Shown here: piece by piece, positions 62,484 through 64,000 of the stretch
Position numbering within the stretch: the first letter of the stretch is position 1
Layout of the letters: each line of letters opens with the position of its first letter
DNA from: Octopus sinensis
Lineage: Eukaryota
DNA length: 64,000 nucleotides
Assembly: GCF_006345805.1 (NCBI RefSeq)
Contig: NC_043011.1
Coordinates: forward strand, 50,604,464 to 50,668,463
Direction: 5' to 3'
Translations under genes and position numbers: made by a program
Notes under the pieces: generated by a model
The model's database searches: none
What the model was told of the DNA's origin: nothing
The model's input: only the letters and a program-made list of their open reading frames with translations

Positions 62484-62990
62484 GGGGTATAATTAGAAGT
62501 AATGACATGCATAAGATCTGGTCATCAAATCTAAGTAGAGACTTCAAACTTGAAATATTCAAAGCCACAGTCGAACCAATTCTACTATATGGCTCAGAAA
62601 CCTGGACGTTATCAAAGAAGCTTGAGAGGCGGTTGGATGGAACCTACACTCGCCTCCTTATGAGAGCTCAAAATCTCTCGTGGAAGCGCCATCCAACCAA
62701 AATGCAAATATATGGGAAATTACCACCTGTCATCTCTTGTGAAAGGTAGGAGAGTCCAGTTTGCTGGACATTGTTGTAGAGCTGAAAAAGAAGTAATTTC
62801 TACTCTTCTCCTCTGGAAGCCATCTACTCGCAATACCAGAGGGTGCACACTCTCCTACCCTGATGTAATCTCCAGGGATACAGGCATCCAGCAACAGGAC
62901 CTCTGTAATGCTATGATGGACCGTGAAGTCTGGCGTAACATAGTAAATTCCATTGTCTCGACCACGGTCGAACAATGATGATGAATGAGA
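62484..62990 (+). mobile_element. RTE-type LINE 3' end (a second family)
   Basis: IFKATVEPILLYGSETWTL...RRVQFAGHC...AMMDREVWRNIV*, followed by tgatgatga. Confidence 0.9.
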
Positions 62991-63217
62991 AGTGAAAGAA
63001 TAAAAGTGAAACAATATCATCTCACATTACAATATAGATGTTATTCTTTCACTTTTGACATGTAATACCGAACCAGTACCAATGTTGTATTGTTTTAATC
63101 CAAATGAAAAAAAAAATACATGCTGACACTTAGTGGGTCTGATACTATTACCATGCAAGATTTGGTTTGGCTGAGCCATTTGAGAATGCATTGGGAAAAG
63201 ACAGACAAAGAATAGTG

Positions 63218-63268
<51 letters not shown>

Positions 63269-63910
63269 GTTTGTGTGTAAATCTATGTTGACTCACCAGA
63301 AATAATAAATTACAGAACTCAATACATAGGTGTAGAGTATTCTTTAATACATTATAACAGAAAAGCTCCTAATACCAGTATTCTGAGTTATATGTTTTCA
63401 ATCATTTAGCTGGCAATCTTAGCCTGCTTTTTCTTTGAAATATTTATTGCTTGAATATATTTTTGAAATATGAAATGAAAGTTCTGAAGAAACACATATC
63501 TCCTGTTTTTATTTTTAAATAAAAACTTTGCAAGCTATACATGCAAAAACAGTTGCTTTAAGTTCATGTTTGTCATTTCATTTCTGGCTCTCATGGGAAT
63601 ATTCCAAATGTCTTAAACTTCATATAAGTGAGGTCACTCTAAAAACTTTCCTCATAAAATTGTATTGTTGTTTAAAGTAATTCTTTAAAGTACTATTTTT
63701 AAAACAGTGAATGTGTTTCAGTTTAATGTCCACTTTTCCATGCTAGCATGGGTTAGACAGGGAGTTATTCAGCTGAGGCAGGATTTTATGATCAGATACT
63801 CCCCTTGCCTGTTTGTCAAGTATATATAGAAATATGTGCATGTGTGTGTGTGTGATTATCATCCTCATTTAATATTAATGTTCTATGCTGGCATGGATTG
63901 GATGGTTTAA

Positions 63911-64000
63911 CCCTTTTGATACCAACCCGGCCAAAACCGCCTCTGGCTCTGTAGTACAAATGTCTTGTTTTCATAAGTTATGAATTAAAATCTTCCACCA
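63911..64000. mobile_element. piggyBac-type MITE cut by the window end
   Basis: TTAA|CCCTTTTGATACC homologous to 22112. Confidence 0.75.

Overview
AT-rich, repeat-saturated animal genomic DNA. The finger style (CDICGKSFS...HTGEKPY), the SINE families and the (TA)n/(TACA)n/(AGAT)n microsatellites point to a coleoid cephalopod, most likely Octopus (inference). The genic content is part of a C2H2 zinc-finger cluster. ZNF-1 (+, ~20.4-21.3 kb) has 10 fingers, with 3 more hidden behind a 1-nt insertion. ZNF-2 (+, ~31.9-33.1 kb) has 11 intact and 2 degenerate fingers. ZNF-3 (-, ~46.1-46.6 kb) has 5 fingers and a SINE-disrupted decayed tail. A fourth copy survives only as a remnant (-, ~55.2-56.1 kb). 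No KRAB, BTB or SCAN-type domain is visible. The paralogs share a splice acceptor, a long 5'UTR, 3'UTR blocks and an upstream module carrying a CTCF/YY1-like motif. The rest is nested transposon debris: Tc1/mariner copies (including DD41D-like), RTE and CR1/L2 LINE fragments, several SINE families, non-autonomous Helitrons, piggyBac-type and 8-bp-TSD MITEs, solo LTRs, a foldback element and a ~410-bp near-perfect palindrome. I see no CRISPR, rRNA or true tRNA genes and no clearly new enzymatic system. The best leads concern how this ZNF cluster evolves and is regulated. Coordinates and identities were read by eye and are approximate.
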